DNA of 64,000 nucleotides, taken from positions 12,462,001-12,526,000 of the forward strand of contig NC_134025.1 of NCBI RefSeq assembly GCF_964204645.1, written 5' to 3'. The notes beneath the pieces are model-generated. The model saw only the letters and a program-made list of their open reading frames with translations, did no database searches and was not told the DNA's origin. The position numbers and the translations under genes were made by a program. Below, in pieces: positions 14,201-26,166 of the stretch (the stretch's first letter is position 1; each line of letters begins with the position of its first letter). This DNA is from Tubulanus polymorphus (lineage: Eukaryota > Animalia > Nemertea).

Positions 14201-17200
14201 TGTATTTTCATTTATTGCGAAGTCGTTATTATTTAAAGTCTTCGCAGCAACCGCTTTACGACGTTTAGTCCGTTTTTTACAGCGTGCTTGTTTCGTCTCT
14301 TGCATCGTTGTGAATATGCCGAATGGCAAGCTGCGTTTGATATTCCACGATAGGGTTAACGTTATATTTTTCGGATTGCCATCGATGCTCCATTTCAGTC
14401 GCTTCGCCTTTTTCTGCATTACACCCATAAGACTTTTAACAAGCTTCTGCAGCGACAAATTGTTCTTCAGCATTTTTTCTCTTTTGAGCTTGTTACGACG
14501 ATGGAAATCTGAAAAATGATAAAAAGAAGATTAGAATGATTACTGTTACGGCAGTACATGCTTTTAAGTCGATGTTTTTCGACAAAAAATAGGATGATTT
14601 TATCCAAAAAGTTGCTTATATGTTGATGAAAAGATGAAAAGATGATATATCTTTGTGTCTTCAAATATATGTCTACATTCAGTTTTACTAAATCAGCTTT
14701 CCTACCTAAGGTGAGAGTTGCAAAAACGCTGTTTAATTATACATTTCTATTTCAAGCTTCTTCAAATATTCTTCTTTTCTAGTTAAGGTGTCACTTGTCG
14801 CCTAAGATATTCTCAAACAAAAACGCTGATGCATTTTTTATGTGTTTTTCTTCCGCTTCTCTCGATGAGCTAGCTCGCGGCGGAATTAATTATTTGTATC
14901 GAAGATGAAGCCGCGAGTCGTGCTGATAAGCTTGAAATTTCACGCCGAATATTCTTACCGATTAAAAACTACGGGCGCACAGATACGGGCTTATTTATTA
15001 GAAATTATGAGATAGACCGCATTTCCATCAGAAAAAATTAATTGGAGTATCATGGGGTGCATTCAGTGCATTAGATATTACATTGTGAGCATTAAATATT
15101 ACATTGTTAGCTAGTCAACGTCTGTCGTGTGACTCAAGCCCACGGCCACAGACTCCGATTTTTTTTTTAGTGTATAGAATGAGTGGAATCATGGTCATAA
15201 GTCTGTGGCACGTGTGCGTCGTTATAATAAATGTAGATCGTGCAGTAAAACGTTAGTCTCGTCGAGTCTAGGTTTCGTTGCACTTCGCATTCCCCGCCGT
15301 GCTATTATTGAAGTCGATCGTCGTGTTTCAGTTCATCACGTGGCTGTGAATTTTTCTCGTCGTCGTCGACATCAGCATCGACATATTCCACCATTAATCT
15401 TCGGTCTGATGGGGATTCCGGCTGTCGATGTTCGTTGAAAATTGCATTTTTATTCACCGTTGTACCGCGACCGACGGACAACCATCCGGTCATCAGTAGA
15501 TGTCTCGAGTATCATTCTGGAGTGTACTTGACTTCATAAATCTGCCCCGCTCGTTTCATCCATCTGTGAAGCTCTTCCACTTGTCTGTTGGATTTTTTAC
15601 TTCGTGGCCCTGCTAGTGGTTAGGCCGTTTCTTATGATAAGTTGGATTACGGATTTGATGGGCTTGAAATGATTGCGGCGACGGAAACAAATAGAAATAA
15701 AACTAATATCATTTTCTCAAAACATTGAATTCATTACTTATTTCGTGATCAGGGAGCGGGATTGGAAAACAGAATAAAACTTGCCCTATTTTGGAGGTTG
15801 TTATAGGATAATGATACCCGTAAATTGTCGATTTACTGCCTACATTCATAACGGACTCCTCCATATTTGCAAGTCACACTATTTACTGAACTAATAGTTA
15901 CAGAACTTTTTAAGTTGGATCGTCATTGTGTGTATAGTTTAAGAATATCATTCTGAATGATGGTTATAGCAGTTGTTGAAACATGCTGTAGATCAAACTA
16001 TTGATAACATTGATTTTCGTTTATACGAATAAAGGGATTTTCCTCGGTTAGAATTTTCATTTCATGCATACGGGCCACATGATTTAGATTATCTTTAGAA
16101 AAATTCAGCTTAAGCTTCACAACGCAAAATTGACTGACAATTGATTCCAGTAAACATAAACATTCTCGAAACTTGACTGGAGCTATAATCTATTTGTTTA
16201 TTGAAATCACTCGTCTCGTGAAAGGTATAGCCCCGATTTTTTACTATGGTTGATAGTACATATGTACTTACACTGTTACCTCAGTATCCGAGAGATAGGA
16301 GACGTCGTAGACAGTATCGATCTACGAGGTGACAACGCTATACTCGCAGTTTCCGTCGCTTTCTTAGCTAATAAATGTACCACCGTGTCACAGTCTACAC
16401 AGTCGGGGAATTCGATTCTTTATCGCTTGACGGGAGACCCTAACGGTCCCGGTGGAAACATAAAACACCGTTGATTGAATTCAGCACTTCTTCGCCGATT
16501 CCCAGTACATGAAATTCAAGTTGATTTAATTTATTTGTTGTTGCTGCTTCAATTGTGTGTACCGAGGTGACTCTGTGTTCGGTTGTTATAAGTCGATTAA
16601 GTGCGTCACTGGATTCCCCGTCGTAATTTTGTACACCCCATTTATCCATCATCATTATCCCATTTGAGTCCGGAAAAACCATCCATTCATTTGTGACATT
16701 ACAACGAGGAAGGAAAAATATGTATTTCGATGACTATTTAAAACTGACTGCGTCACAAAAGTCGTGGTATTTATAGATACATCCAATTGATAGGATTTTA
16801 ATCGAAATACTCATCAAAACCTTCCAATTCCAAGCTATCTTCACATTCGGGCTCTCTACAAAATATCAGTAGATGTTGACAGTAAAACTACCGAAGAAAA
16901 TGTGTGTAAAAGTTGGCTTAAGTCGACAAGCGACGCAACGCCTACCGGCTCCTACCGACGCAACTGAATGGAACCACGATTGTAACCCAGCATTTGTCGA
17001 CTGCACTCCGATTTTCAGCAACTGAGGCTGATTAGTGGGATATGAGATCCTCCCAGTTGCTTCCCTGCTTATGTCGGTTACGATTGCTGGCAACTGAACC
17101 GGCTCAGAAGGTCACTTGATAAACATTTTGAGAATAAAATAGAATTTTGGGGAAATATAGTTCCATAGCTATTTCGTAAAGATTTTTATCTTTCTGATTC

Positions 17201-20200
17201 TTTTTTGAATAAAATGAGCTAGCAAAATCATATTGTAGAGAGAGCCATTCACGCCATAATTTGACCAATTTTGTTTCTAGATCTGCTGAACGTTTGGTTT
17301 GCGTTTTAAACTACTTGAATTTGAAAGTTTGTGACACAATACCAATGATGCTAACTAACAGTCAAAATTTGTACTATGAATATTCGGTCTGTGATTGGCT
17401 TGAATTCCCGTCCTTAGTTCTGTGGTGTCGGAGAGGGGTTAATGTCGATTGCGATCGAAAGCAACTGTCGGCCTACCGTAGGAGAGTAGAACAAGGGCAA
17501 CTAGCCAGATACAGCTTGCAACGAGTCGGTAGGCTCGGGTTGCAGTTGCAAGCTGACTTATGTGGAACCGATAAAGCAGCAACTAAACCCAGTTGCATCA
17601 GTAGGCGCGTAGGCCTGCTTGTCGACGTAAGCCAGCCGTAAAAGATTCAGTGTAGCATTTTAGTGAAATAGACGTTACATCACTTATACCATGATATATA
17701 CAAGTTGAACTTTTTCACGTGCAAAGGCATTTCCACTGAATTTATCCTGTTATCCTTGGCTGATTAATTGACGACCCAACTAGCATGAATGATATTTTAT
17801 TGCCAGATTATCCGATATCAGAGTCTGTAAATGGCCTCATGTAAAATTGTCAGCGGCATTTTGTTTTATGACATTATTTACGAGATTATGCAACTGAATG
17901 TGCTGTAAACTTGATTTCCGCATGGGGGTCTAGCCGAAAAACAAGCTCATAAGTCATACTGATACTGTCGTTTGGTTTCTCACATCGAGTCGACAAGTAA
18001 TTAACATTGGAAACCAGTTCCAGAAACTCTGGTCACTACAGTTTCAGGAACTTGTTTCAAGTTGACCAAAATAGTTTATTGTACCAGTGGAAACTGTTTT
18101 CAATTTGACTTCTGGTTACGAATTGAACTTGGGACGCCGCAGATCGGGGTGTGGTCTGATCAGTTAAATCGCAAACCATCAGTCACTGAAATCATGTGTT
18201 AACACAAATATTTCTGACAACTTCACCTCGATATTCGTGCTAAACTCTGCTCATCCAATGTATTACATTATCACGCTGAGGTGATCAGAAGATTTTTTAA
18301 TGTTAACTCGAGTTTAGCCTAGCTCTTGATGGTAGTTCAATGACAACCGTGGATGAAACACATCTTTAAGAATGACGATATTCGCTGATATAGGCCTCAC
18401 ATCTTTTCCGCAACGGGCATCAATCATGTTTAGCATGCTTTCGCGTGTCTCGCAAGCTCGTCATCACTGCTGGGTAAATTGAAAGTTATCGTTTTCACAT
18501 TAGGCGGAATTTACAGTTAAAAAACTGCATCATCCAAAAGCATGCGCGAGAACTATAAAATGGTTATTGGTCACTGAATAAATCCATCGACATTAATAGT
18601 CATCGAACGATGTTTGCTTTGATCTGGGGAGGAATCTTATTTGGTTCTGTGAGTTGTATGACCAGGTTTGCGAACCCAAAAAACCAATCATTAGCTCTGT
18701 ATGAAGACCACTTCCAACAGTCCAACACTTCCAACTCCCACAGTCTAACAAAGTGCAATGAACTCACATATCTCATCAAGGAAATGTATTCATTAAATAC
18801 TTTTTATTCTAAGCTAATTATGGGACAAGAAGCCATCTTTGATGATGTTACAAGATCACATACCAGGGTAAACATCTGGAGTCGCCATCCAGCTACGATT
18901 GGTGTATCCCCAGTTGCTTCAGTAGCCGTTGCGCCATGGCGCGACATAATAAGCCCACCTTGAGAAGTATCTGGCTCTACACTGACAGTTTTATGCTCAG
19001 TAAAATCATTGTTGCTGGGTCTGTTTGATCTTAAAAAAGAAGCCGATCGATCAGAATCTTAAGTCATAAGCAGATCACAAGTCTTTCATTGGACTAATGA
19101 GTGTGACATGTGTGATAATTTTGCGGACATTATCTGGGTCCTTAATACGGATGATGTTTTTTTAACCTGCTGCTGGAAGGAGCGTTTCTAGTGTGCACGC
19201 ATAGTTTGCTCTGATGTCTGCACATATCAAGTTACTGTCGCCAGCGATTGAAGTGGAAATGTGATAAAAAGAACTCGCATTGAGTAACATATACGACGTG
19301 GCTATCACCTTTTTGCCAGTTTCGCTTCAGAAGCCAAGTCACTGAATTCGAATGTAGATCTTGAAAATTTCAATCGGAAAGAAAACAATACTGTCCGCTG
19401 AATAGTCGAGCGTTATTCATTTTCATCGGGGCTGAATTAAGAGCTCACAGCTCGCTTTGTTTTCCATTTTTCGTCTGTCAAATGTTTTAATTAAACTCAA
19501 AATCTTGCTGCAGCTTGATTCTATCCCGGCGGAGTTAAGTGATCGTGCCGAAACTCGCAATGCACGCATTATCGGCGCAGCATTCGGTTAACATACATTT
19601 ACGCTGCAGACTTGATACACCTAACAGTAATTTACTGTAATTTCCCACATACACATAACTGGCCCAGCGAGATGGCGGTGCCGATATTGTGAACATTTTG
19701 TTTGATTATTAGCCATGTATCATATACGCGATGTGATGGTGGGAATAGGCCCGACGGGATTTATATTATGTGTTACTGTCAATATACCATTTGTAAGGAT
19801 GACATAAATGCGAACGAGACAACTGTTTCCGCCGTTGCAGAATTTTTATGAATATTCATTCGAATAACATGTGCCATCATTATTGTGGTTTTAATACTTA
19901 CGTCCGCCACTTCTTGCATTAAAGAGGTATTCGGGTAGTTATGCAACAATGACCTCAGTGGCTACATTTCCAGTTCGACCGCTACCTAGCGGCAATCAAC
20001 TAATGGTATGGTACTATTTAGAAGCTTATCGAGGAGAAACCATTGAAATAATGAATAAATTGTACTTGCCTCATTTCCAACATGGCTGCTTTGCTATTAT
20101 TAGAAATCCATTCAATTGTTACTTTTTTTCGACATTTGTATTGTGACTTGAAGTCAAAAGTCATCCATCCACATAGGTTTCCATCCATTCAAATGTCTTA

Positions 20201-23200
20201 CCGTAGATAAGAATCCAGAATTTTGAAGCTGGGTAAATCAGTCAAGTACTATATATGGGCAGAGGCTGAGAAAGTGATATTTCACCAATTTGACATCATT
20301 CATTGAAGCCAATTAGCTAACAGAATGGTTAAGGGGCAAAGAAAGAGTTTTATTGGAAGATGGGGTCTGAATGATTCAAGATTATGTTTTGTGTGGTCGT
20401 TCATAAAGTTAATTTCTGGAACAGTAATATCAATTAGGCTATGTATTTTTGGTAGAAAGTGAATGGATTGTGAGATCCAAAAAGAAAGAAGCATAAAACC
20501 TGTAATTACAGCTTCCCAAGAAGTAAAATATATTAGAGTAATATAAGAATCTGATATAAGAACCTTAGGAATAAATTGAAGATTATGATTTTTCACGCCA
20601 AGACCCAGTCACTATGTAATTGGTTTGTGATCCGATATGGATTGGAAACATCTTATTCAAGATGAGAATTGCCATTGAAATGTGTGCGAATTGTCATGGA
20701 ATTTGCCAGAGGACTGCTTTTAGCGTCAGTATCCATTAATCAATGGTTGAAAACAGCGAGATACACGTGACTCGCTACATCTTGATTTTACGTAGTTTCG
20801 ATCAACGCATATATATCGTATCAGGAACATTATACGATCGCCGTTGGACTCTTGTCCATTTCCGCATTATCCATTGTAGGTTGTATTAGTTTATGTGGTC
20901 ATTTCGAAGCGGGCTTTCCGCGCCATTCTCTTAATGAATCTAGTAGACTTTGCGCCGCATTGAAGACGCATTACGTATGAAAATAAGAGCTTTTATTACC
21001 GCGGGCTAACGTACGTACGCGTCACATCACCGGCGATAGTTTATATATGTTCTCTGGGTCCCGTGGCTCGTTAATGAGATGAAATGAGTTGACTTGTTGG
21101 TCTGATCCAATTTCCTTTACAAGTATTGATTTACGATGCGACCACCAGACTTAGTCGCTCTCAAAATAATCCATTTTGTTTACCATATTTGGTCTCAAAT
21201 GTTTGTTTGGCAAAAACAATTTCCTCATGGAACATCTTGATAACGATGAATGAAAACTTTTCTCATTTTTTGATTAAATTATTCCTATTTTTTTTTCATA
21301 AATCTCTTATGTGGAATGACCCTGGAATAATCTATTATTACATTCACTGAAGTATGGTGTATTATTTAAACTTTGACTCATGAAAATTTTGAATCATACC
21401 CAGTTCTACAGTTGATGGTTAAGTTTGACAAGTAGATTTTCCCTATGGTTGAGTTTGAATTCAAGTAGACTTTCTAACCTATGAGCTGTGTACCCATTTT
21501 CATAGCTGCAGATTCGAATAGCCATGCCCTCATACCAGACGAGTCTTAGCTCGTAAGTCAATTGGGCAATTACCACTTCGTCAATAAGCCGATTGCCAGT
21601 CGAGATATTGCCAGATGGGTTTAACCATGGACTCTTCATTTTAGAGTCCATGGTTTAAGCAACCTTGAAATATATTCTATCAATATGTACGTTTAGCAGA
21701 GAGCTGGTGATATATTTGCAAGTACAGATACATGTATATATGTGTTCAACCATAGATATATCACATTATTACAGAAATTTCACCTTATTACGGAATTGAA
21801 TGCTGAGTGAGTGTTTACCAAAAAGACTGTCCTAGCATACACATATATACCTGTCGTATTGACACTAGCTTATAGCTGATTTTAAATATATATGTGTCAA
21901 TCACTCACTTGTTCACCACTGTGGAATTGTTCTAGATTTTTTTTTTACAAAGGAGTGTTTTTTAGCCTCAGGGATATTTCGTCAAAAACATTTAATAAGA
22001 AATGATTTTTAGATTGGAACGAGTTCGGTCATTTCCAAATATAAGCGACAACAATATAGACTTCATTTTCTAATGAGTAAAAACAGTTTCACACAATCAT
22101 TCGCAATCATTGACGCTTTGCTTGTGTATATTTAATATACTGTATATTCTTGGATTGGTATGTTTGAAAAAATAAACTTTGTTATGGCAAAAAAAAATCA
22201 TTCCCTCATCAGGTGAAATATGAGTGAATCAAATGAATAAAAGTAACAACATTTACAAGTGCTAAATTCTAAAAAGTGCACTTGTAATAAACTGTTTTTA
22301 CTCATTAGAATAAGAGGTTTATATTGTTATCGCTTCTATGGATATTTGGTTACTTGAGCTCAATATGATTATCCCCTCTATTTGAATACACACATAATTG
22401 GAATTACTAATCTATATCACGTTATTTTATATGAATTGCTAAAAAAATATAGGTCTATTATACGTTTATTTCTGGATCTAGAAAACAGGCACTTGGTATT
22501 AAAGATTGAAAGAAATTGTTAGAGTTGTAAGAATATATGAAATAATGAAAACTTTGAAATGTAGTAAAAGGCCATCTGTATGATTATATTTGAAGTATTT
22601 AACAGAATAACACTTACCAATTGTAAAATATAACTAGTTACGTTTCACAAAAGCTTGTAATCCTGTTTGTCAAATGGCGTATGTGTGCTCATATACGAGT
22701 TGAATAGACCATGTGCGATTTCTACCTGTAGACTGAATGATTCATATTTGTTTGGTGTTTGTCGTGCAAGTCAGTCAATGAAATAAAGCAATCGCTTCAC
22801 AATATTCTAGCATAATACATTACGATCCCGAGGACAACGCGGGAACTAGCGCGCGTAAGAAATAAGTCAACGACGTTGTTCCGAATGGACTTTTCAGTTG
22901 GTCGAGTCGGCTGAAACACCTGGCTAGTAAAAAGGAATACTCGTCGACTTTATATGGAGTTAAAAGAATATGATAGGGACCCCGCTCAAACACTTGAATC
23001 ATGTAAAGTTCCTGTCCAACAACTGAATAACCATCGAATCCTTACTCATGGAGTTTGTCTCCTGTAATTACCGATACTCTTCTATTTTACTCGTTGAACT
23101 AATGGCACACTCATCAAACACCTTCAGAGTTGTTTGGTTTTGTTAATGATGTCTTTGTATCCGCTTTCGGCATGACATTCTAGTGGGTGGTTTTCCTTGG

Positions 23201-24029
23201 TTTAATGAATGTGAATACATGTGTAAGGAAATGGTTATTTTGGGTAGATGTTGATTTTGGGGTCTAATTATTCTTCTCCAACTGAATATTTTGGGATTCA
23301 ATAACTTAGTTTATAATAATAGCAATTTATTTTCTTATATAGCGCACTCCTACAAAGTGTAATCAGTGCGCTCGACATCAGTATGAAATAAATATGGGCT
23401 CATAAATTGTAATTCAAAATGCTTGGAGAATAAATATTAAGTTAAAATTTACAGGTGACTAAGATTAATTGCAGTCATAAACTTTTCTAAAAAAGTAAGT
23501 TTTCAAGTTCTCCTTAAAACATTGCACTGATGGACACTCGTTGTACTAGATGGGGATGTCAATGGGGGATGAACAATGTACTCTCCTAGTATCAATTATA
23601 GGATATATAGGGATACCAAATACATTGTACTCTTATTGATCAGTAGGTTTTAATTTTAATTATACAGTAGACCATGCATAAGTCGGATAGAATTGTGATT
23701 TACGGTTTTTTTTTCTATTTTTGCCGGAAATAGTGAAAATTCAACTTACTATAACTTGTTAGTTGTACAAAACCTAGTTGGCACTGAGGAAGAGTCAATT
23801 ATTTAGTTTGATCAATAGTTTTATTTGAATACATTTTTGATCTTGATCTTGCAGGTGGATGAACGCAAAAATGTGGAATAACCTCTTCGATGTTTTGTTG
23901 AACATTCCGAGCTGTGACCAGTTACCCAATCTGGCGAAACTTAGATCATCATTGGAAAGTTTTCAACTCGAATCATTCCCAGACTTGACTAAAGTGGAAG
24001 CATTGCTGTATGCTTATTTGAAGAAATAA
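1..24029 (+). CDS. BUB1: BUB1/MadBub mitotic checkpoint Ser/Thr kinase, 3' part (5' end lies outside the window)
   Basis: Exons 1-91, 236-703, 1149-1657, 1732-1841, 2400-2483, 2679-2768, 4901-5049, 6345-6558, 10942-11051, 23855-24029 (TAA), all GT-AG with consistent phases. Motifs: ABBA-like LMVYEDP, MISTPFH (Plk1 docking STP), DKEN, LSPISE (KARD), GEGAFG, PWEFYI, HGDIKPDN, DFGCSIDM, LLFGTYM, LLNIPSC. Confidence 0.96.
2155..2268. mobile_element. Small MITE with CAGGAC(C/T)CAGTTCCACAG terminal inverted repeats
   Basis: Inverted termini caggacccagttccacagtt / aactgtggaactgagtcctg. Related copies near 12200-12275, 33960-34056 and 51690-51803. Confidence 0.6.
3168..4320 (+). mobile_element. Non-autonomous Helentron (HINE/DINE-like), family A, copy 1
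   Basis: Starts TTTTTAGCCCACTTGGGA, followed by a (GTCC)n microsatellite, about four central 155-bp tandem units and a 3' GTGTCCCTGGACCCC end. Highly similar to copies at 7014, 28085, 37251 and 56515. Confidence 0.75.
4781..4850 (+). mobile_element. tRNA-derived SINE head or tRNA pseudogene
   Basis: A box TGGCTGAGTGG and B box GGTTCGAGGC at tRNA-like spacing, but no clean cloverleaf. Confidence 0.5.
8151..10130 (+). mobile_element. Second Helentron/DINE-like family (B) nested in family A
   Basis: 5' ATGGGTTTCGTCGTCAGACGAACCCAT hairpin, (GTCT)n microsatellite, 3' subterminal inverted repeat GAAACCCAT plus a short hairpin ending CTGGTT. Inserted into a T run with no TSD. Confidence 0.65.
8518..9245. 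mobile_element. Academ(H)-like non-autonomous DNA transposon
   Basis: Termini TAGTCT...AGACTA with imperfect TIRs of about 45 bp. Exact 10-bp TSD CGGTTTTAGA at 8508-8517 and 9246-9255. Confidence 0.65.
12380..14473 (-). CDS. Uncharacterised 697-aa Ser/Asp/Lys-rich protein, nested antisense in the last intron of BUB1
   Basis: Uninterrupted 2.09-kb ORF in AT-rich DNA, GC/CpG-richer than its flanks like the real exons here. A splice acceptor (ttttcag| at 14509/14508) lies 35 nt upstream of the ATG and the frame stays open up to it. No recognisable domain. Confidence 0.75.
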   Translation of the reverse strand: MLKNNLSLQKLVKSLMGVMQKKAKRLKWSIDGNPKNITLTLSWNIKRSLPFGIFTTMQETKQARCKKRTKRRKAVAAKTLNNNDFAINENTRQVLRSSDTIKNSTEATTLSSAATERYSVTKQSSATDSLASESDTGTIIALSPSKTPLPFIDLPPNDEKANDSYADHQNSPYELPPPPHGLNDYCCNSGISMLDGLIDNSFLAADTDFNIDDLPLPSLFADENHSDSCDGDDSHRSGDQILRNDLNKCRVSDQLSNMLALPDLVAKPVAEVLPSSSSSNNRPTYDNHDECTKPSSRRSSLTMEESSITPLENQFTTNSACSDDDNDEKRVSPNHHQCEMRKNSSSSDEKIARKSPETQHVYPEIIVQTSDVSTSNESTPVTRSMDDLLSSKRVKANNVKSSSSVDKFPLQSTVDDEGHYHCLDDTTRRVHHNNNRASGRNKRKQISWSDEPDKWPSPISNYYNEIDAESDDRAVHQCNKSDTSTEMPEWSDLELSFYQDQQRDLLSASPMRIMYVSRSRHQGAGHSDTSPVAFKRKNRYRDSFKKLFPFHKKSSKSQTPPPVPPKIQKDSSLKRDSKSNSYISYDYDSLPSDTSSLKSESASSSIVMTPQKDDPGQNGAYQRVKEYQRIKTTQKLQSLARRDSVRRLSQQEAQPDNVESCSTSQTDNRSGEKIPLSVDKCLKTCDKILDRHSTMIW
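16911..17637. mobile_element. MITE with imperfect TIRs
   Basis: agttggcttaagtcgacaagc ... gcttgtcgacgtaagccagcc, with GTAAA/TAA on both flanks (PIF/Harbinger-like is possible). Confidence 0.6.
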
Positions 24030-24246
24030 GGCGATTATTAATTGTTTGCATGAATGATGTAATCGATGCTCAAACTGTCTATACTTATTCTATTTTAGCA
24101 TGAGAATGCTACCATTATTTTGTGGTGGATTTCTTCAACTTAAGGATTAAAAGATTGCATTTGATTTCTGACCATATGGTGGAAAAACCTATTGTTATTT
24201 CCTTGATTGATATTATTTTTCTCTTGTTCACGCTATTTACTGCAAG

Positions 24247-24495
24247 CCTTTCAGTGCATCTACACTGCAGTGCAGTGTATTAATCGGTGATGGACATGGC
24301 TAGTACACCGCATTGCAGTGTATTATTAGTAATTAGTTTCTATCTCTATTGAAAGATGGCAGCACCTGTCAAACATAATGAAATATTAGTAACTAACGAT
24401 ACACAAGGCTGCATTGTAGATGCACGATAGCAGTATGCCTGTTATTCAAATAATCGCCAGCACTTTCGGGTTTAAATTAGTCAGCACTGAAAGGG
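24247..24495. mobile_element. Degenerate piggyBac-like MITE in the BUB1 3' UTR region
   Basis: Left end cctttcagtgc, right end gcactgaaaggg followed by TTAA, with internal inverted repeats. Confidence 0.45.
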
Positions 24496-25109
24496 TTAAA
24501 AATCTACTTGTAATATACTCAATTTATATAATTTTTGTCAACCTCTTCGTAATTCGTCCACCAGAGGCATTAAACATTTGTCAAAATCAAATTTTAAATG
24601 GTTAGAAAAAATTCTCTGCTAGGAAAAGTTTTGCAATGAGTTGAGTTAATCTTACTTAATTCAAGGCACTTTTTAGACTGACATTTTATCAAAGTACAAA
24701 CAAACAGATGAAACAATATTTTTGCCGGTAATGGCCGCCCATACTCAGTGGCACTCCTACAAAACAACTGTATCTTGGACTGATGTTGGAGCTATTTATT
24801 TGTATTGAATATCAATGTTGTATCTTTGTTTTCTTTTATTCAATGTATTTTCTGTTAAAAAAATCTGGATCAGTGACTAGCAAATAATCAGGTTTCACTG
24901 TATAATAATACATCACTAACATTTCTGTGCAAGTAAGTCATGTTATTTGTATTTCGCTGTATGGGTTAAACTTCCTGATGTTCTTGACATGCATCTGATA
25001 ACAAACGATTTTCTGTCTGTTTTTGTTATAAAGACAAGAATGTATTTTCCCCTTTTGTAAATAGTCAAGCCACTTGATTGAGGCAATTCAGTAACCTGAT
25101 ATTTAATTC

Positions 25110-25115
25110 AATAAA
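25110..25115 (+). terminator. Candidate BUB1 polyadenylation signal
   Basis: AATAAA about 1.1 kb after the BUB1 stop, followed by T/GT-rich sequence. Confidence 0.3.
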
Positions 25116-25296
25116 GCCTATGAATGGTTTACATGTAAGTTTTTGCTCATTCATTTCACCGTTAAGATTTTCAGTATCCATTCATCGGTTTGCATCAACA
25201 TGTTCACTGCTACTATGGTAATATGGTGCTGATCAGAGTTGTTTCTATAACCACGTCTACACTTGTTCAATGAAAATCTGCATTCGCAGCAAGTAG

Positions 25297-25560
25297 CATC
25301 CTCGCTTCCACCAGCCCCCTGGCTATTGCGCTTGATGTCATACATCGATTTGTGAAATACTTCCTTGTTTGGTAAAACGTTCGCTGATTGGTCCATTTAA
25401 CGGGAAAACCAACAAAAGCCCAATGTCGTTTGTTACAAGCGCTGTGATTGGTACGACTGGATTCTGGTCGGCTAGGAACGACTCCAACGACTTGTGAGGT
25501 CAAGGGGTTCGGGGAACAGCTTTAGCGTAGTGGGTTTGAATCCCTTGACGGGTGAAGACG
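25297..25560. mobile_element. Short non-autonomous DNA element with 9-bp TSD and a B-box-like subterminal motif
   Basis: TSD AGCAAGTAG at 25288-25296 and 25561-25569. Ends are CATCCTC...GAAGACG. Strongly similar to 48001-48318. Confidence 0.7.
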
Positions 25561-25784
25561 AGCAAGTAGCGTCTACACTTCACTTCTACCCAGTTTCGGT
25601 ACAATGAATCCACATCTGTAGTTCAAGGTCAATCGTGGCATCCGACTGCTGCAATGAACACAGGGTTTCTGTCTACACTAGAGAAAATGCAATGAGTTTT
25701 ACAAGAACACTGGTCAAACCTTAGATTACCAAATTGTCAGGTATCATCAAAATCCAACCAAAGAGGGAGATGGGGCCATAGATA

Positions 25785-26166
25785 GGGGCCGTGCATAAAT
25801 ATGTCCAAAGATGTACACGGGGAGGGGCGAGCTCAAAGTGTACATACTTTTCTCGGGGGTTATTGATTATTGTACCCACTTTGTGCACGAAACACAAAAT
25901 ATTTGATTATTAAAAATATCCCCGTCTGCCATAGATCCTGTGTACATTGTAAATAAATAAAATGCTTGTATCTTTGAAGTTTGACTAATGTTTTCATTTA
26001 ACTTTGGGAGAGGTTTACGGATTCAAACTTGTATTATGGATCCTGGAAAATTCAGTTTTATAAGGTCATTCGTAGAAGTGTGTACGCAAGGGAGGGTAAT
26101 AGAAAACGTACAGAGTGTACATAAAAATACTCAGAAGTCAAGCGTACATACTGTATGCACGGCCCC
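25785..26166. mobile_element. PIF/Harbinger-like MITE
   Basis: TIR GGGGCCGTGCATA / TATGCACGGCCCC with 3-bp ATA on both flanks. Confidence 0.65.

Noticed and set aside
12322-14519. Short plus-strand and alternate-frame ORFs overlapping the 697-aa ORF
   Set aside because: Shadow ORFs expected in GC-richer coding DNA. BUB1 splices from 11051 to 23855 in frame without them.
15512-15514. In-frame TGA as selenocysteine
   Set aside because: No redox-type context and no SECIS element that I can recognise.
24261-24322. Pre-miRNA-like hairpin after the BUB1 stop
   Set aside because: It lies inside a MITE-like element, its arms are themselves palindromic, and I recognise no known miRNA seed. Small-RNA data would be needed.
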